From Minisyncoccota bacterium (GTDB lineage Bacteria > Patescibacteriota > Minisyncoccia > Phycocordibacterales > GCA-2401445), in assembly GCA_040879725.1 (NCBI GenBank), contig JBBDJV010000008.1:17856-81855 (forward strand): 64,000 nucleotides of DNA, written 5' to 3'. Made by a program: the position numbers and the translations under genes. Shown here piece by piece: positions 1 to 10,352 of this stretch. Under the pieces are notes generated by a model. The model was given only the letters and a program-made list of their open reading frames with translations, was not told where the DNA came from and made no database searches. Position 1 is the first letter of the stretch, and each line of letters starts with the position of its first letter.

Positions 1-70
1 ATGGGAAACAAAAAAAATCTTCCCACTATCTCAGGTACTGAATCAAGAGGATATTGCCAAGTAACCAGCC

Positions 71-1564
71 CTAGCGACCTTCCTCGTGCTGAGGATTTTG
101 TGAAGAAATTTCTACAGTAGTTCCTTCTTTGGTATCGATAACCGTGTACCCCTTTTTTGTAAGCTCATCACGAAGAGTGTCAGAAACTTCCCATTCGTGG
201 TTTTTTCTCGCGGTGTCTCTTTTTTGTATTATGTCCTGAATGTCACTCGGTAAAGAATTAACAGAAATCTTTACATTATTTTTCTGATTAAAAAGCGAAT
301 CTCTTCCTTGCATATCGAGTCCTAGAAGTGAGTCAGCTACCAGAAGTGTGGCTTTCTTTTTTCCTGGAGTAAGTTTGTCATCTTTTATTATTTCCCAAAT
401 GAGAGCAATTGCTTTTGGAGTGTCTAGGTCATCACGTAGTGCATCTCGGATAGCTTTTGTATAGGTTGCATCTTCTGTATCACTCTGTACTTTCAAAAGG
501 TGCTCTGTGAAGTATTTATGTATTTTAAATAGTGCAGTATGTGCTCCTTTTACTGCTTCCCATGTAAAGTTCATTCGTGTTCTGTAGTGGCCGGAAAGTA
601 ACCAATAGCGAAAACTAAGAGGAGAGATATCTCGTTCAATAAGGTTACGAAGGTAAACGGTATTTCCAACCGATTTTGATATTTTATTTCCTTCGATTGA
701 GATGTGTTCAACATGAAGCCAGTTTCGTACGAATTGCTTTCCAGTTACAACTTCTGACTGGGCTATTTCATTATTATGATGCGTTGCGATGTGGTCTACG
801 CCTCCTGTGTGAATATCAATGGTTTTTCCAAGGTGCTTGGTAGCCATGGCTGAACACTCGATGTGCCAACCAGGGAAACCCTTACCCCACGGTGAATCCC
901 ACTCTTGTTGTCTTGTTTCTCCTTCGGGTGAAAACTTCCAAAGTGCAAAATCAGCTCCGGAGTGCTTTTCTGGATTGACCTCAACTCGAGCACCTTCTTG
1001 TTGTTGTTCAATATCTCTATTTCCCAGTCTTCCGTATTCAGGAAACCGTGCTGTGTCGAAATAGATACCGTCAGATATTTTGTAAGTGTATCCTTTTTGC
1101 TCAAGTGTCTCTATAAAGGCAATTTGTTCTTTTATGTGTTCGGTGGCTTTTGGGAAAAGCGTTTTGTCTGTAATTATATTTAGTTCTTTAAGCTCACGTT
1201 TAAAGCACTCTTCTACCTCAAGGGCAATTTGGGGAACTGTTTTGCCTCTTTTTTGTGCGCCGAGCTCCATTTTATCTTCTCCTTCATCTCCGTCGCCAAC
1301 AAGATGTCCAACATCGGTAATATTTATAGCGTGAGTGACGCCGTACCCAGCATTGGTAAGTGTTCGAACAAGAATGTCACTTATTACATACGGTCGATAG
1401 TTCCCAATATGCGGAAAGTCGTACACCGTAGGACCACATGAGTAAATGGTTACAACTCCCGGTTTGAGCGGTTCTAGCAAAACTTTCTCTTTTCGGTTTG
1501 TAGTAAAGAGGGAGATCGGTTCTTGCTTCTTTTTGGTCTTTCGTCGCAGTTTTGAAAAAATCAT
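71..1564 (-). CDS. cysS: Cysteine--tRNA ligase
   Basis: YSCGPTVY, HIGN (HIGH), DFALWK, GxPGWHIECSAM, DIHTGGVD and KISKS (KMSKS) motifs. Confidence 0.97.
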   Translation of the reverse strand: MIFSKLRRKTKKKQEPISLFTTNRKEKVLLEPLKPGVVTIYSCGPTVYDFPHIGNYRPYVISDILVRTLTNAGYGVTHAINITDVGHLVGDGDEGEDKMELGAQKRGKTVPQIALEVEECFKRELKELNIITDKTLFPKATEHIKEQIAFIETLEQKGYTYKISDGIYFDTARFPEYGRLGNRDIEQQQEGARVEVNPEKHSGADFALWKFSPEGETRQQEWDSPWGKGFPGWHIECSAMATKHLGKTIDIHTGGVDHIATHHNNEIAQSEVVTGKQFVRNWLHVEHISIEGNKISKSVGNTVYLRNLIERDISPLSFRYWLLSGHYRTRMNFTWEAVKGAHTALFKIHKYFTEHLLKVQSDTEDATYTKAIRDALRDDLDTPKAIALIWEIIKDDKLTPGKKKATLLVADSLLGLDMQGRDSLFNQKNNVKISVNSLPSDIQDIIQKRDTARKNHEWEVSDTLRDELTKKGYTVIDTKEGTTVEISSQNPQHEEGR

Positions 1565-1568
1565 AAAA

Positions 1569-2483
1569 TTAGAGCCACTTTTTGCGTTTGAAATACAATG
1601 CGGTTAAAAGGGCAATGAGAGACATTATACCTATTACCACCCAAAAATCATTGGGAACTTTTGTCAGGGGATTTATGGTGGTATTCATACCAAGGATGCT
1701 GGCAATGAGCGATAGGGGGAGAGTAATAAATGAAAGTACTGTCAAAAAGTGAATAGTGTCATTTTGCTTTGTTTGAAGAAGGGCATCGTTTGTGCTACGA
1801 AGCTCGGCTAAAAATTCTTGAGTGTCTTGTGTTAAAGCGGATACGTGTTCGTACTCGTCCTCAATGTCATTAACAGATTCTCTATAGTCTTCTCCAAAAA
1901 ACTTCGTGCTTATTGCTGAAAGTCGAGAAAGCACCCGTCGGTGTGTGCTGATGCCGTGTCGAATTGAAAGTGCGCTGTGGTGTACAGATGAAAGTTTGAA
2001 AACCATTTCTTTTTCTTTGCTATCAAATATGCTGTTTTTAATTTCACGGAGCTCATCGTTTACGCATTCCAGTTCATGCACCAGTGCTCCATACAGCTTG
2101 ATCATCATGTGTGAAAATATTGTTCCGCCGGTTACTGTGGATGAGTATGCTTCCAAAATAGTATTTACCTCAAAAATTTTAGAAAACTTATGAATGGGAT
2201 CGATAGCATCGTAATGAACGGTGATAATAAAATTCTTTGCAACTATAAATTTTATTTCTTGGTCGGTAGCATCAGTGTGTGAGTGTCTGAGAGCGGGGAA
2301 GTGGAGAGTCACATAAAAGTAACCATCTCCCAAAACCACATTCGGTTTATTCGTTTGTATTAAAAGTTCTCCCGCAATTTCAGGTGACAGGTTGTATTCT
2401 TCAGCTAAAGAGCGTACTTCGTCTTTATTTGGCTTTGTTACGTCTACCCACGTAACATTTTTGTACGCATTTTTTATAAACAT
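1569..2483 (-). CDS. corA: CorA-family Mg2+/divalent cation transporter
   Basis: Two C-terminal TM helices with the GMN signature (SILGMNT) and an N-terminal WVDVTKP motif. Start moved to ATG 2483 to avoid overlap with the divergent gene. Confidence 0.88.
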   Translation of the reverse strand: MFIKNAYKNVTWVDVTKPNKDEVRSLAEEYNLSPEIAGELLIQTNKPNVVLGDGYFYVTLHFPALRHSHTDATDQEIKFIVAKNFIITVHYDAIDPIHKFSKIFEVNTILEAYSSTVTGGTIFSHMMIKLYGALVHELECVNDELREIKNSIFDSKEKEMVFKLSSVHHSALSIRHGISTHRRVLSRLSAISTKFFGEDYRESVNDIEDEYEHVSALTQDTQEFLAELRSTNDALLQTKQNDTIHFLTVLSFITLPLSLIASILGMNTTINPLTKVPNDFWVVIGIMSLIALLTALYFKRKKWL

Positions 2484-2567
2484 ATACTCTACAGTATACC
2501 GTAAAGCTCTGTAGTGGAAAATGTTAAATTGCAGTCTTTTGAATTGTTTGCGATAATATTGTTTACT

Positions 2568-3815
2568 ATGGATGAACAAAAAGATGAACAGAAAATAAAA
2601 TTTGCTACCGCCTCTTTTATCTCAATTGCTTTTCTGCTTGTTGGCTTTTGGGGTGGAGTCTGGTGGAACAAATATCAAGAGCCCGAGTTTAACCCTATTA
2701 GCGCTACTATCCTTAATTCTGAATCTGACGTTTTACCGGAGTCTGTTGATTTTTCTGCTTTTTGGAAGGCGTGGGCAATTCTAGATCAAAAATATGTATC
2801 TGCTTCATCTACAGAAGTGCACGACCCTCAGGACCGAGTATGGGGAGCAATAGCGGGAATGACTGCATCATTTAATGACCCTTATACCGTCTTTTTCCCA
2901 CCGGTAGAATCAGAAAAGTTTCAGGAAGAAATAAGTGGAAACTTTGAAGGTGTCGGTATGGAAGTTGGAATACGTGACGGACTTCTTACAGTGATAGCTC
3001 CTTTAAGAGGAACACCTGCGGAAAGGGCAGGAGTGCTCTCAGGAGACATTATTATAAGAATTGATGATGTACTCGCGACAGAGAAAACAATAGAAGAAGC
3101 AGTCCGTATGATTCGTGGTGAGCGTGGTACGGTGGTAACCCTTACTGTTGCGCGTGAAGGAAATGATGAGCCAATTGAAATTCCTATTACCCGAGATGTG
3201 ATTGATATTCCAACCCTCACGACAGAACTAAGAGATGATGGTGTGTTTGTTATCAGTTTGTTTAATTTTTCTGCACCTTCATCTAATTTATTCAGGAATG
3301 CTGTACGAGAGTTTACGCAGAGTGGTGCGACAAAGCTAGTGATAGACTTGCGCGATAATCCTGGTGGATACCTTGAGTCATCTGTAGAGATGGTTAGCTA
3401 TTTCATACCGGAAGGAAAAGTTGTTGTAAAAGAAGATTTTGGCGACGGAAAGGTTCAAGAGTTTAGAAGTCTTGGTAATAAATTATTCATTACCAACCCT
3501 GAGATAGTTATCCTTATTAACCGAGGTTCAGCTTCTGCTTCAGAAATTTTCGCCGGAGCACTTTCAGAGTATGGAGTCGCGACACTTGTTGGAGAAAGAA
3601 CTTTCGGAAAAGGATCCGTTCAGGAATTAGTAGATATTACTGACTCAACTTCACTTAAGGTAACCGTCGCGCAGTGGGTGACACCAAAGGGAACTTCAAT
3701 ATCAAATGGAGGTTTGGTGCCGGACGTAGAAGTAAAACAAGACCCAGAAGACCTTGAAAATGGTATCGATACTCAGCTTGAGCGTGCTGTTGAAATACTT
3801 ACTAAAGTACAGTAG
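2568..3815 (+). CDS. ctpA: S41-family carboxyl-terminal processing protease (PDZ)
   Basis: N-terminal TM, PDZ (GVGMEV), DLRDNPGG, catalytic SASASE and GKGSVQ. Start chosen at ATG 2568. Confidence 0.93.
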   Translation: MDEQKDEQKIKFATASFISIAFLLVGFWGGVWWNKYQEPEFNPISATILNSESDVLPESVDFSAFWKAWAILDQKYVSASSTEVHDPQDRVWGAIAGMTASFNDPYTVFFPPVESEKFQEEISGNFEGVGMEVGIRDGLLTVIAPLRGTPAERAGVLSGDIIIRIDDVLATEKTIEEAVRMIRGERGTVVTLTVAREGNDEPIEIPITRDVIDIPTLTTELRDDGVFVISLFNFSAPSSNLFRNAVREFTQSGATKLVIDLRDNPGGYLESSVEMVSYFIPEGKVVVKEDFGDGKVQEFRSLGNKLFITNPEIVILINRGSASASEIFAGALSEYGVATLVGERTFGKGSVQELVDITDSTSLKVTVAQWVTPKGTSISNGGLVPDVEVKQDPEDLENGIDTQLERAVEILTKVQ

Positions 3816-3853
3816 TATAGTGTCACACATTAATCCGATAATCTGAAATATAT

Positions 3854-4300
3854 ATGAAAGTTATTTTATTGAAAGACGTTGCAAAGACAGGGAAGAAGTT
3901 TGAGGTAAAGGATGTTTCAGACGGCTTTGCTCTTAACCACCTTATACCACGAGGGTTGGCACGAATGGCTACTCCCGATGTGCTGAAAAATGTTGAGCAT
4001 ATGAAAAAAGCTCACGGTGAGCAAGTTAAAATACAAAATGACTTGTTGAAGAAAAATCTTGAGTCTCTATCAGAAAAGAAAATTACCATTTCTGCAAAAG
4101 CGAATGAAAAGGGACATTTGTTTAAAGGAATTCACACGGACGAGATAGTAAAGGCTTTGGAAAAAGAGCATATCAGTATTGCAAGCGAACACATAAAACT
4201 AGAACATCCCATTAAGGAAGTTGGAGAGCATGAGATTACGGTTTCCGCACACGACGTCACAGGTTCATTTACTCTTGAAATTGAATCATCAGAAAAATAG
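3854..4300 (+). CDS. rplI: 50S ribosomal protein L9
   Basis: MKVILLKDV...G...VxDGFALNHLIP N-domain and GHLFKGI...IKEVG C-domain. Confidence 0.96.
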   Translation: MKVILLKDVAKTGKKFEVKDVSDGFALNHLIPRGLARMATPDVLKNVEHMKKAHGEQVKIQNDLLKKNLESLSEKKITISAKANEKGHLFKGIHTDEIVKALEKEHISIASEHIKLEHPIKEVGEHEITVSAHDVTGSFTLEIESSEK

Positions 4301-4310
4301 AATACTAAAT

Positions 4311-4348
4311 AATAAAAAACCACTTGCTTCCGCAAGTGGTTTTTTATT
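4311..4348. terminator. Bidirectional intrinsic terminator between convergent rplI and rpmA
   Basis: AATAAAAAACCACTTGC-TTCC-GCAAGTGGTTTTTTATT perfect inverted repeat with A and T tails. Confidence 0.9.
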
Positions 4349-4619
4349 ATTTAACAGTTACCTTTTTTCGCTTGTGGGTTTGGCCGTTGAAACCTGTTCT
4401 TCGAGTGTCGCTGAATGATACTACTCCTTCGACGAGAGAATACACTGTGTGGTCCTTACCAAGCTTGGTATTTGAACCTGCTACGAATTTAGTTCCTCGT
4501 TGTCTGACAATAATACCTCCTGCTTTGACGCTTTGTCCGTCAGCAATCTTAACGCCCAAATATTTTGGATTCGAATCACGTAAGTTTTTAGCTGTACCCG
4601 CGGCTTTTTTAGTTGCCAT
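4347..4619 (-). CDS. rpmA: 50S ribosomal protein L27
   Basis: MATKKAAG...[11 protein letters not shown]...[10 protein letters not shown]...GKDHT. Confidence 0.97.
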   Translation of the reverse strand: MATKKAAGTAKNLRDSNPKYLGVKIADGQSVKAGGIIVRQRGTKFVAGSNTKLGKDHTVYSLVEGVVSFSDTRRTGFNGQTHKRKKVTVK

Positions 4620-4645
4620 AATTTATTTATATACGTTACACTAAT

Positions 4646-5050
4646 ATGTGTACAAGTTGTATGAGTCTACCAGATTTGTCTAAATTAATCAAGAGTCATG
4701 CCATTCGAGAGAATTTGCTTCAGGATGTGCTTATTTCATTGCTTATTTTCCTCTCCATTTTCCTAGCTTTCGGGCTGGGAAGGTTGTCGGTGTCCTCTGT
4801 GGTAAAAGAGCCCGTAAAACTCGAAAATAGGGCTTTTGGAGGGGGTTTTGTCAGCTCTGAGACTGGTTTGGGAGCTAGTGGAGAGGTAGTAGCGGGTGAG
4901 TATGTCGGATCAAAAAATGGTAGCAAATACCACCTTCCATGGTGCCCGGGAGCAGGGCAAATAAATGATGAGAATAAAGTTTGGTTTTCAAGCAAAGAAG
5001 ATGCTGAATCAAGAGGATATACTCCCGCTCTTAACTGCAAGGGTATATAG
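4646..5050 (+). CDS. Membrane-anchored protein with C-terminal Ada metal-binding-like domain
   Basis: One TM helix, then VGSKNGSKYHLPWC...FSSKEDAESRGYTPALNC, resembling the Ada Zn-binding-like tail. Start could be 4661. Confidence 0.65.
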   Translation: MCTSCMSLPDLSKLIKSHAIRENLLQDVLISLLIFLSIFLAFGLGRLSVSSVVKEPVKLENRAFGGGFVSSETGLGASGEVVAGEYVGSKNGSKYHLPWCPGAGQINDENKVWFSSKEDAESRGYTPALNCKGI

Positions 5051-5079
5051 ACCAAAGAAGTAAATGGTATACTAAGGAA

Positions 5080-5667
5080 ATGATTGTTGTAGATGTTGAA
5101 GCAACTGGCACAGAACCGGGTATACACGGTTTAGTTTCTATTGGTGCCATAGATCTCGATAAACCCGAAAGACAGTTTTATGAAGAATGTCATATAGACG
5201 AGGGTATACACGTGATGAAAGAGGCACTTCGGATAAATGGTTTCTCTGAACAAGAGCTCTACGATATTTCCAAACCATCTGAGGAAGAAATAGTCACTGC
5301 ATTTATTTCGTGGGCACTTGATACGAGTGACCACACTATTGCCGGACAAAATCCATCTTTCGATAGAGATTTTATCCGTGCCGGAGCAAAACGGTACCAT
5401 ATTGATTGGCCACTCGCTTATCGTACGGTAGACCTTCACTCTGTTTGTGTTACTCATATGTTGGAGCGGAAAAAAGAGTTACCGATAGAAAAAGAGAGAA
5501 GTGCTCTAACTTCCGATGCTATATTTTCTTACGTCGGACTTCCAGCTGAGCCACATCCGCACAACGCTCTTGTTGGTGCACAAATGGAGGCAGAAGCATT
5601 TTCTCGGTTATTCTGGGGTAAGAAACTTCTCCCTGACTTTGAGCGATACGATATGCCAACGTACTAG
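5080..5667 (+). CDS. DEDDh 3'-5' exonuclease (DnaQ/RNase T-like)
   Basis: ExoI VDVEATG, ExoII GQNPSFDRDF, ExoIII HNALVGA. Confidence 0.88.
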   Translation: MIVVDVEATGTEPGIHGLVSIGAIDLDKPERQFYEECHIDEGIHVMKEALRINGFSEQELYDISKPSEEEIVTAFISWALDTSDHTIAGQNPSFDRDFIRAGAKRYHIDWPLAYRTVDLHSVCVTHMLERKKELPIEKERSALTSDAIFSYVGLPAEPHPHNALVGAQMEAEAFSRLFWGKKLLPDFERYDMPTY

Positions 5668-5740
5668 ACAAAATGTTTTGATGTGGTACATTAAATCTTG
5701 GCTTGTACAAAACATCAACATAAACGTTAGTTATTCTATT

Positions 5741-5965
5741 ATGAGTGCCAAATCCTTAGATTTGAAAAACAGGGAAGTACTTCTCGGTCTTGCGACGCTC
5801 CTCAAGCGCCACCCCGGGGTGTTGAAGCCCGAAATGATTCCCATTCTGATTGCCAAGGATATCGAAAGTCTCTCCGATGAGGAGAGAGTCGCCCGGGTGA
5901 ATGCAGTTTACCCGAACCACCCGCACTACGACGCTCACCGATACATGCAAAGCCTTCTTCGGTAA
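5741..5965 (+). CDS. Small hypothetical protein (74 aa)
   Basis: ATG 5741 follows an AT-rich leader, composition looks coding, and a terminator hairpin follows. Confidence 0.55.
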   Translation: MSAKSLDLKNREVLLGLATLLKRHPGVLKPEMIPILIAKDIESLSDEERVARVNAVYPNHPHYDAHRYMQSLLR

Positions 5966-5985
5966 CGCAAAGTGATCGGTATAAT

Positions 5986-6021
5986 AAACGCCCAAGCTTG
6001 TTTCTGGGCGTTATTTTTTTT
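5986..6021 (+). terminator. Intrinsic terminator after the small ORF
   Basis: AACGCCCA...TGGGCGTT stem followed by ATTTTTTTT. Confidence 0.7.
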
Positions 6022-6023
6022 GC

Positions 6024-6056
6024 AAAGAAAATACCCACTATGCGTGGGTATTTCTC
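6024..6056 (-). terminator. Intrinsic terminator on the minus strand (V-ATPase operon or an intervening small RNA)
   Basis: Minus strand AAATACCCAC-GCATA-GTGGGTATTT followed by TCTTT. Confidence 0.7.
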
Positions 6057-6217
6057 GGTCATCTGGTTTACTCCAAGGTGAGTGGTTTAAAAAGTGCCTT
6101 TTCGCTAACAGCAGTAAGCGAACCTCAGAATAAACATAGTTTAATAATTAAATTCCTGAACAGGAAAGTCAATGAATTTTACCCTTGAAAGGGGAAAACA
6201 TGTGGATTAGCTGTTGA

Positions 6218-6856
6218 TTACTTAGACAACTCTGCTTCTTTAGCGAGGATCATAGCTTTAATTCTCATTGTGCCCACAACAGCGTCTCTTGCTTGCTCTT
6301 CGAGGCGCATAGAAATAAAACGTATTGTTTCTTTTAGGTTTGGTATTCTTGTGTTCTCAAGCGCGCTTGCTCGTCTTCGTGTTCGCTCTATTTCGAGTGC
6401 AAGGTTTTCAACAGTTTTTTCCAGTTCTGCAAGACGGAATAAACTCGGGAGAGTAGCGTCCAGTTTATTGATTGCTGTGTCCAAGTCTCCACTTGTATCG
6501 AGCATACCGTAGCAGAAAAGAGAGCCTTCTTTTTTTAGAGTAAAGTTTGGTATCGGTACAGACATGACTGACTGTGTGGTAACCGTAAGACTTAGTTTTG
6601 CATTAGGAAGAAGGAATGCATTGTCTATTGATTTTTGTGCCATAAGAACACTTGCGCGGGTATATGAAGAGAACATATCACCCAGCTCCTTTTCTACCTG
6701 GTCTCGTAGTGCTTTAACTTCACGGATAGTTTGCATAAACTTCTTCATCAGTCCATCGCGCTTATCTTTAAGGAGTTTGTGTCCACGAGTAGCAAGCTTC
6801 AAGTCGCGCTTGAGAGTGAGGAGGTTTATTCGCGTTGGGCTTACTTTGATAATCAT
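6218..6856 (-). CDS. ntpD: V/A-type ATPase subunit D
   Basis: PTRINL...GHKLLKDKRDGL and EIERTRRRASALE motifs; last gene of the operon. Confidence 0.95.
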   Translation of the reverse strand: MIIKVSPTRINLLTLKRDLKLATRGHKLLKDKRDGLMKKFMQTIREVKALRDQVEKELGDMFSSYTRASVLMAQKSIDNAFLLPNAKLSLTVTTQSVMSVPIPNFTLKKEGSLFCYGMLDTSGDLDTAINKLDATLPSLFRLAELEKTVENLALEIERTRRRASALENTRIPNLKETIRFISMRLEEQARDAVVGTMRIKAMILAKEAELSK

Positions 6857-6859
6857 AGT

Positions 6860-8230
6860 TTAACTCTTCATGTACTTGTCGATAAACTCAGCTTTGACTC
6901 GCTTAAGCGATTCTCGAGGTACCATTTTAAGTAGCTTCCATCCAAGATCAAGTGATGTTTCTATATCTCTGTTTTCGTATTCTCCCTGGTTAATAAACTC
7001 TTTCTCAAACGCATCTGAGAACTTTAAATGAGCTCTGTCTGAATCAGAGAGGGAAGCCTCTCCTAGTACTACCGCAAGCTCCTTTGCTTCTTTTCCGATT
7101 GCGTAAGAAGAAAATAGTTGGTCTTTAAGTCCTGAATGATCTTCTCTTGTTTTTTCAGGGCCAACACCTGCAGACCAAAGTCTTGAAAGGGAACCTTGAA
7201 CATCTACCGGCGGAAGAATGCCTTTTGTGTTTAGGTTTCTGTCGATTACGAACTGTCCCTCGGTAATATATCCGGTGAGGTCTGGTACTGGATGTGTCTT
7301 ATCGTCATCGGGCATTGTTAATATTGGAATTTGAGTGATAGAACCATTTCTACCTTTTACTCTTCCTGCTCGTTCATAAATGGTTGATAGGTCAGTGTAC
7401 ATGTATCCTGGATATCCACGACGACCAGGGACTTCTTTTCGGGCTGAAGAAACCTCACGAAGTGCTTCACAGTAGTTTGTCATGTCGGTTAGGATAACTA
7501 ATACATGCATGTCGTGCTCGAAAGCAAGGTATTCCGCTGTAGTAAGCGCGAGTCGTGGAGTTGTAATTCTTTCTACTACCGGATCTGATGCAGTGTTTAG
7601 GAAAAGAACACTTCGTTCCAGAGCTCCTGTCGATTCAAATTCCTTTTTGAAGTACGCAGCCTCTTCAAATGTAACACCCATTGTTCCAAAAACTATTGCA
7701 AAGTTTCCACCGCTTTTTACTTTTGCTTGTCGTGCAATCTGAGCTGCTAGACGTGCATGTGGCAATCCAGATCCTGAAAAGATAGGTAGCTTTTGTCCAC
7801 GTACCAACGTATTCATTACATCGATTGAAGAAATACCCGTTTGAATGAAGTCGTTAGGGAACTCACGGCTTGCCGGGTTAATAGCCGCTCCTCCAATATC
7901 AAGAAGCTTTTCAGGAATAATTGAAGGGCCATTATCTATGACGTCGCCTCCTCCTGAAAACACTCTTCCGAGCATTGACTTTGAAACTCCCAGTTTTGCT
8001 GTTTCTCCAGTAAATCGAACGCGAGTATCCTTTGTTTGAACTCCTGTAGTTGGGCGGAAAAGCTGAACTACCGCTTTTCCTTTCGCGGTATCTAGAACCT
8101 TTCCCAGTCTTGGCTCTTTCTCACCCGGAACGGTAACTTCTACCAACTCCTCGTACATTACTCCTTCAACTCCTTCTACGACAAGCAGTGGGCCGGAAAC
8201 TGATGCAGCTGTTTTGTATTCTTTAATCAT
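6860..8230 (-). CDS. ntpB: V/A-type ATPase subunit B
   Basis: [39 protein letters not shown]. Start ATG 8230 lies just after the subunit A stop. Confidence 0.97.
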   Translation of the reverse strand: MIKEYKTAASVSGPLLVVEGVEGVMYEELVEVTVPGEKEPRLGKVLDTAKGKAVVQLFRPTTGVQTKDTRVRFTGETAKLGVSKSMLGRVFSGGGDVIDNGPSIIPEKLLDIGGAAINPASREFPNDFIQTGISSIDVMNTLVRGQKLPIFSGSGLPHARLAAQIARQAKVKSGGNFAIVFGTMGVTFEEAAYFKKEFESTGALERSVLFLNTASDPVVERITTPRLALTTAEYLAFEHDMHVLVILTDMTNYCEALREVSSARKEVPGRRGYPGYMYTDLSTIYERAGRVKGRNGSITQIPILTMPDDDKTHPVPDLTGYITEGQFVIDRNLNTKGILPPVDVQGSLSRLWSAGVGPEKTREDHSGLKDQLFSSYAIGKEAKELAVVLGEASLSDSDRAHLKFSDAFEKEFINQGEYENRDIETSLDLGWKLLKMVPRESLKRVKAEFIDKYMKS

Positions 8231-8231
8231 A

Positions 8232-10001
8232 TTATGCAATTAGGCTGTTAATTTCTTTTTCCGCTTCTGATGCAAATGTTTTGAACTCTGAAAGGTTATC
8301 AGCAGTAATGCTCTTTAGTGTTGGAAGTTTCTTTACCGCGTCAGTTTGAGTAAAACGAGAAAATTCAAATTCGTCTTGTGTTACTACTCGCTTTCCGAGT
8401 GTGTAAACAGTAAGAATAGATTTAAGGATATTGTACTGACGGATAGGTGTTGTGTAAGCATCTTCTTTGTCAAAAGCATTTTGGAATAGAAAGTCTTCAC
8501 GAATTGACTTAGCAATTTCAAGTGTTAACTTTTCTTCATTTGAAAGAGATTCCATTCCAACAAGTTTTACAATTTCAAGCAATTTGGATTCCTTCTGAAG
8601 TAGGTCCATAGCCTCGCTCCGTATTTCAGGATAATCTTCAGCAATATTTTTTCTCCAGTAGTCTGTAATGTTCGGGATGTAGAGTGAGTAAGAGTTTAGC
8701 CAGTTGATGGAAGGGAAGTGCTTCTTATACGCAAGACCAGCATCGAGACCCCAGAACACTTTTGTTACTCGCAGAGTCGCTTGTGACACTGGTTCAGAGA
8801 GGTCTCCACCAGGAGGTGATACCGCTCCAATAACAGTTAGTGCTCCTTTTCTTCCGTCACTACCAAGACATTCAACAAAACCAGCTCGTTCATAAAATTC
8901 AGCAGTACGGCTAGAAAGGTATGCAGGGTAACCTTCTTCTCCCGGCATTTCCTCCATTCTTCCTGAAATCTCTCTCATAGCTTCCGCCCAACGAGAAGTT
9001 GAGTCTGCCATAAGTGCGACAGAGTAGCCCATGTCTCGATAGTATTCTGCAATAGTAATTCCGGTGTACACACTTGCTTCACGCGCAGCTACTGGCATGT
9101 TTGAAGTGTTTGCAATTAGTATCGTTCTCTTCATCAGAGATTCTCCCGTGTTCGGGTCAATTAAGTGAGGGAATTCTGAAAGCACTTCAGTCATTTCGTT
9201 TCCTCTTTCGCCGCAGCCAATGTATACGATAACTTGCGCGTCACAGTATTTTGCAATTGATTGCTGTGTAACTGTTTTGCCAGAGCCAAACGGTCCTGGA
9301 ATTGCAGCTGCTCCACCTTTTACGATAGGAAAGAATGTGTCGATTGAACGACCTCCGGTAACAAGTGGTTCAGTTGGAAATATTTTAGCTTTTCGGGGGC
9401 GAGGGGACCTGATTGGCCAGTACTGAAGCATGGCAATATCAACCGTGCCTTTTGACGTCTTAATTTTTGCAATACAATCAGTCACTGTGTGTTGTCCTGA
9501 TGATATGAAAATAATTTCTCCTGAAATGCCCGGAGGAACCATTACTTTGTGGGTGATAAGAGACGTTTCTGGCACTTCACCTAGAATATCTCCCTCTGAA
9601 ACTGTAACTCCTTCTTTTAGGAGTGGAGTGAAGTCCCATTTTTTTACTCTGTCTACACCCGAAGCTTCAATACCTCGTGCGATATAAAAACTTTTTGATT
9701 CAGCTTCGATGGTTTGAAGGGGTCTTTGAATACCGTCATAAATTGAACCAAGTAATCCGGGAGCAAGTTCCGCAGACATAGTTTTTCCTGTCCCAACAAC
9801 TGGTTCTCCGGGAGCGATTCCGCTCGTGTCTTCGTATACCTGAATTGACGCAATATCTCCTTTTAACTCAATAATTTCTCCCATGAGTTTTAGATTTCCC
9901 ACCTGCACCAGCTCGTACATTTTAGGTGAGTCAAGACCCTCTGCTTCTACCAGCGGTCCGCTCACTCTTCGTATTTCTCCTGTTTTCATATTTTTATTCA
10001 T
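8232..10001 (-). CDS. ntpA: V/A-type ATPase subunit A
   Basis: P-loop [36 protein letters not shown]. Confidence 0.97.
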   Translation of the reverse strand: MNKNMKTGEIRRVSGPLVEAEGLDSPKMYELVQVGNLKLMGEIIELKGDIASIQVYEDTSGIAPGEPVVGTGKTMSAELAPGLLGSIYDGIQRPLQTIEAESKSFYIARGIEASGVDRVKKWDFTPLLKEGVTVSEGDILGEVPETSLITHKVMVPPGISGEIIFISSGQHTVTDCIAKIKTSKGTVDIAMLQYWPIRSPRPRKAKIFPTEPLVTGGRSIDTFFPIVKGGAAAIPGPFGSGKTVTQQSIAKYCDAQVIVYIGCGERGNEMTEVLSEFPHLIDPNTGESLMKRTILIANTSNMPVAAREASVYTGITIAEYYRDMGYSVALMADSTSRWAEAMREISGRMEEMPGEEGYPAYLSSRTAEFYERAGFVECLGSDGRKGALTVIGAVSPPGGDLSEPVSQATLRVTKVFWGLDAGLAYKKHFPSINWLNSYSLYIPNITDYWRKNIAEDYPEIRSEAMDLLQKESKLLEIVKLVGMESLSNEEKLTLEIAKSIREDFLFQNAFDKEDAYTTPIRQYNILKSILTVYTLGKRVVTQDEFEFSRFTQTDAVKKLPTLKSITADNLSEFKTFASEAEKEINSLIA

Positions 10002-10009
10002 ACTAATTT

Positions 10010-10351
10010 TTAACCTAAAATATTTGATCCTATGGCACGTTCTGCTAATTTCTTTAACTTCTCTCCGCTGATTCCACTTGGTCCCTTTAGTCCCGGAAGT
10101 GCCAGTAGGGCAGGGAGTGGTGATTCGGTAAATTTTATAAGCTCTTCTTCCTTAATATTTTCAAGTAAGTTTTCTATTACCATCACTATCGCGTATTTTT
10201 CTGTTGAGTCTGGTGATAGTGTGCTCTTGCGAAGTTTTTTAAGTATCTCTAGTGTTTCGTCTGAGTTCGTTGCAGAAAATACTTCCGCGCCGGTTGCCTT
10301 GAAGAGAGAAACAGTGTCAGATGGACCAATGATTGCAATTTTGTAATTCAT
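10010..10351 (-). CDS. ntpF: V/A-type ATPase subunit F
   Basis: KIAIIG...F...G N-terminus, LAERAIG C-terminus, and position in the operon. Confidence 0.9.
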   Translation of the reverse strand: MNYKIAIIGPSDTVSLFKATGAEVFSATNSDETLEILKKLRKSTLSPDSTEKYAIVMVIENLLENIKEEELIKFTESPLPALLALPGLKGPSGISGEKLKKLAERAIGSNILG

Positions 10352-10352
10352 A

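Noticed and set aside
5802-6062. 86-aa minus-strand ORF with an SD-like GGAG
   Set aside because: It runs through two terminator hairpins and is antisense to the better-supported 5741-5965 ORF.
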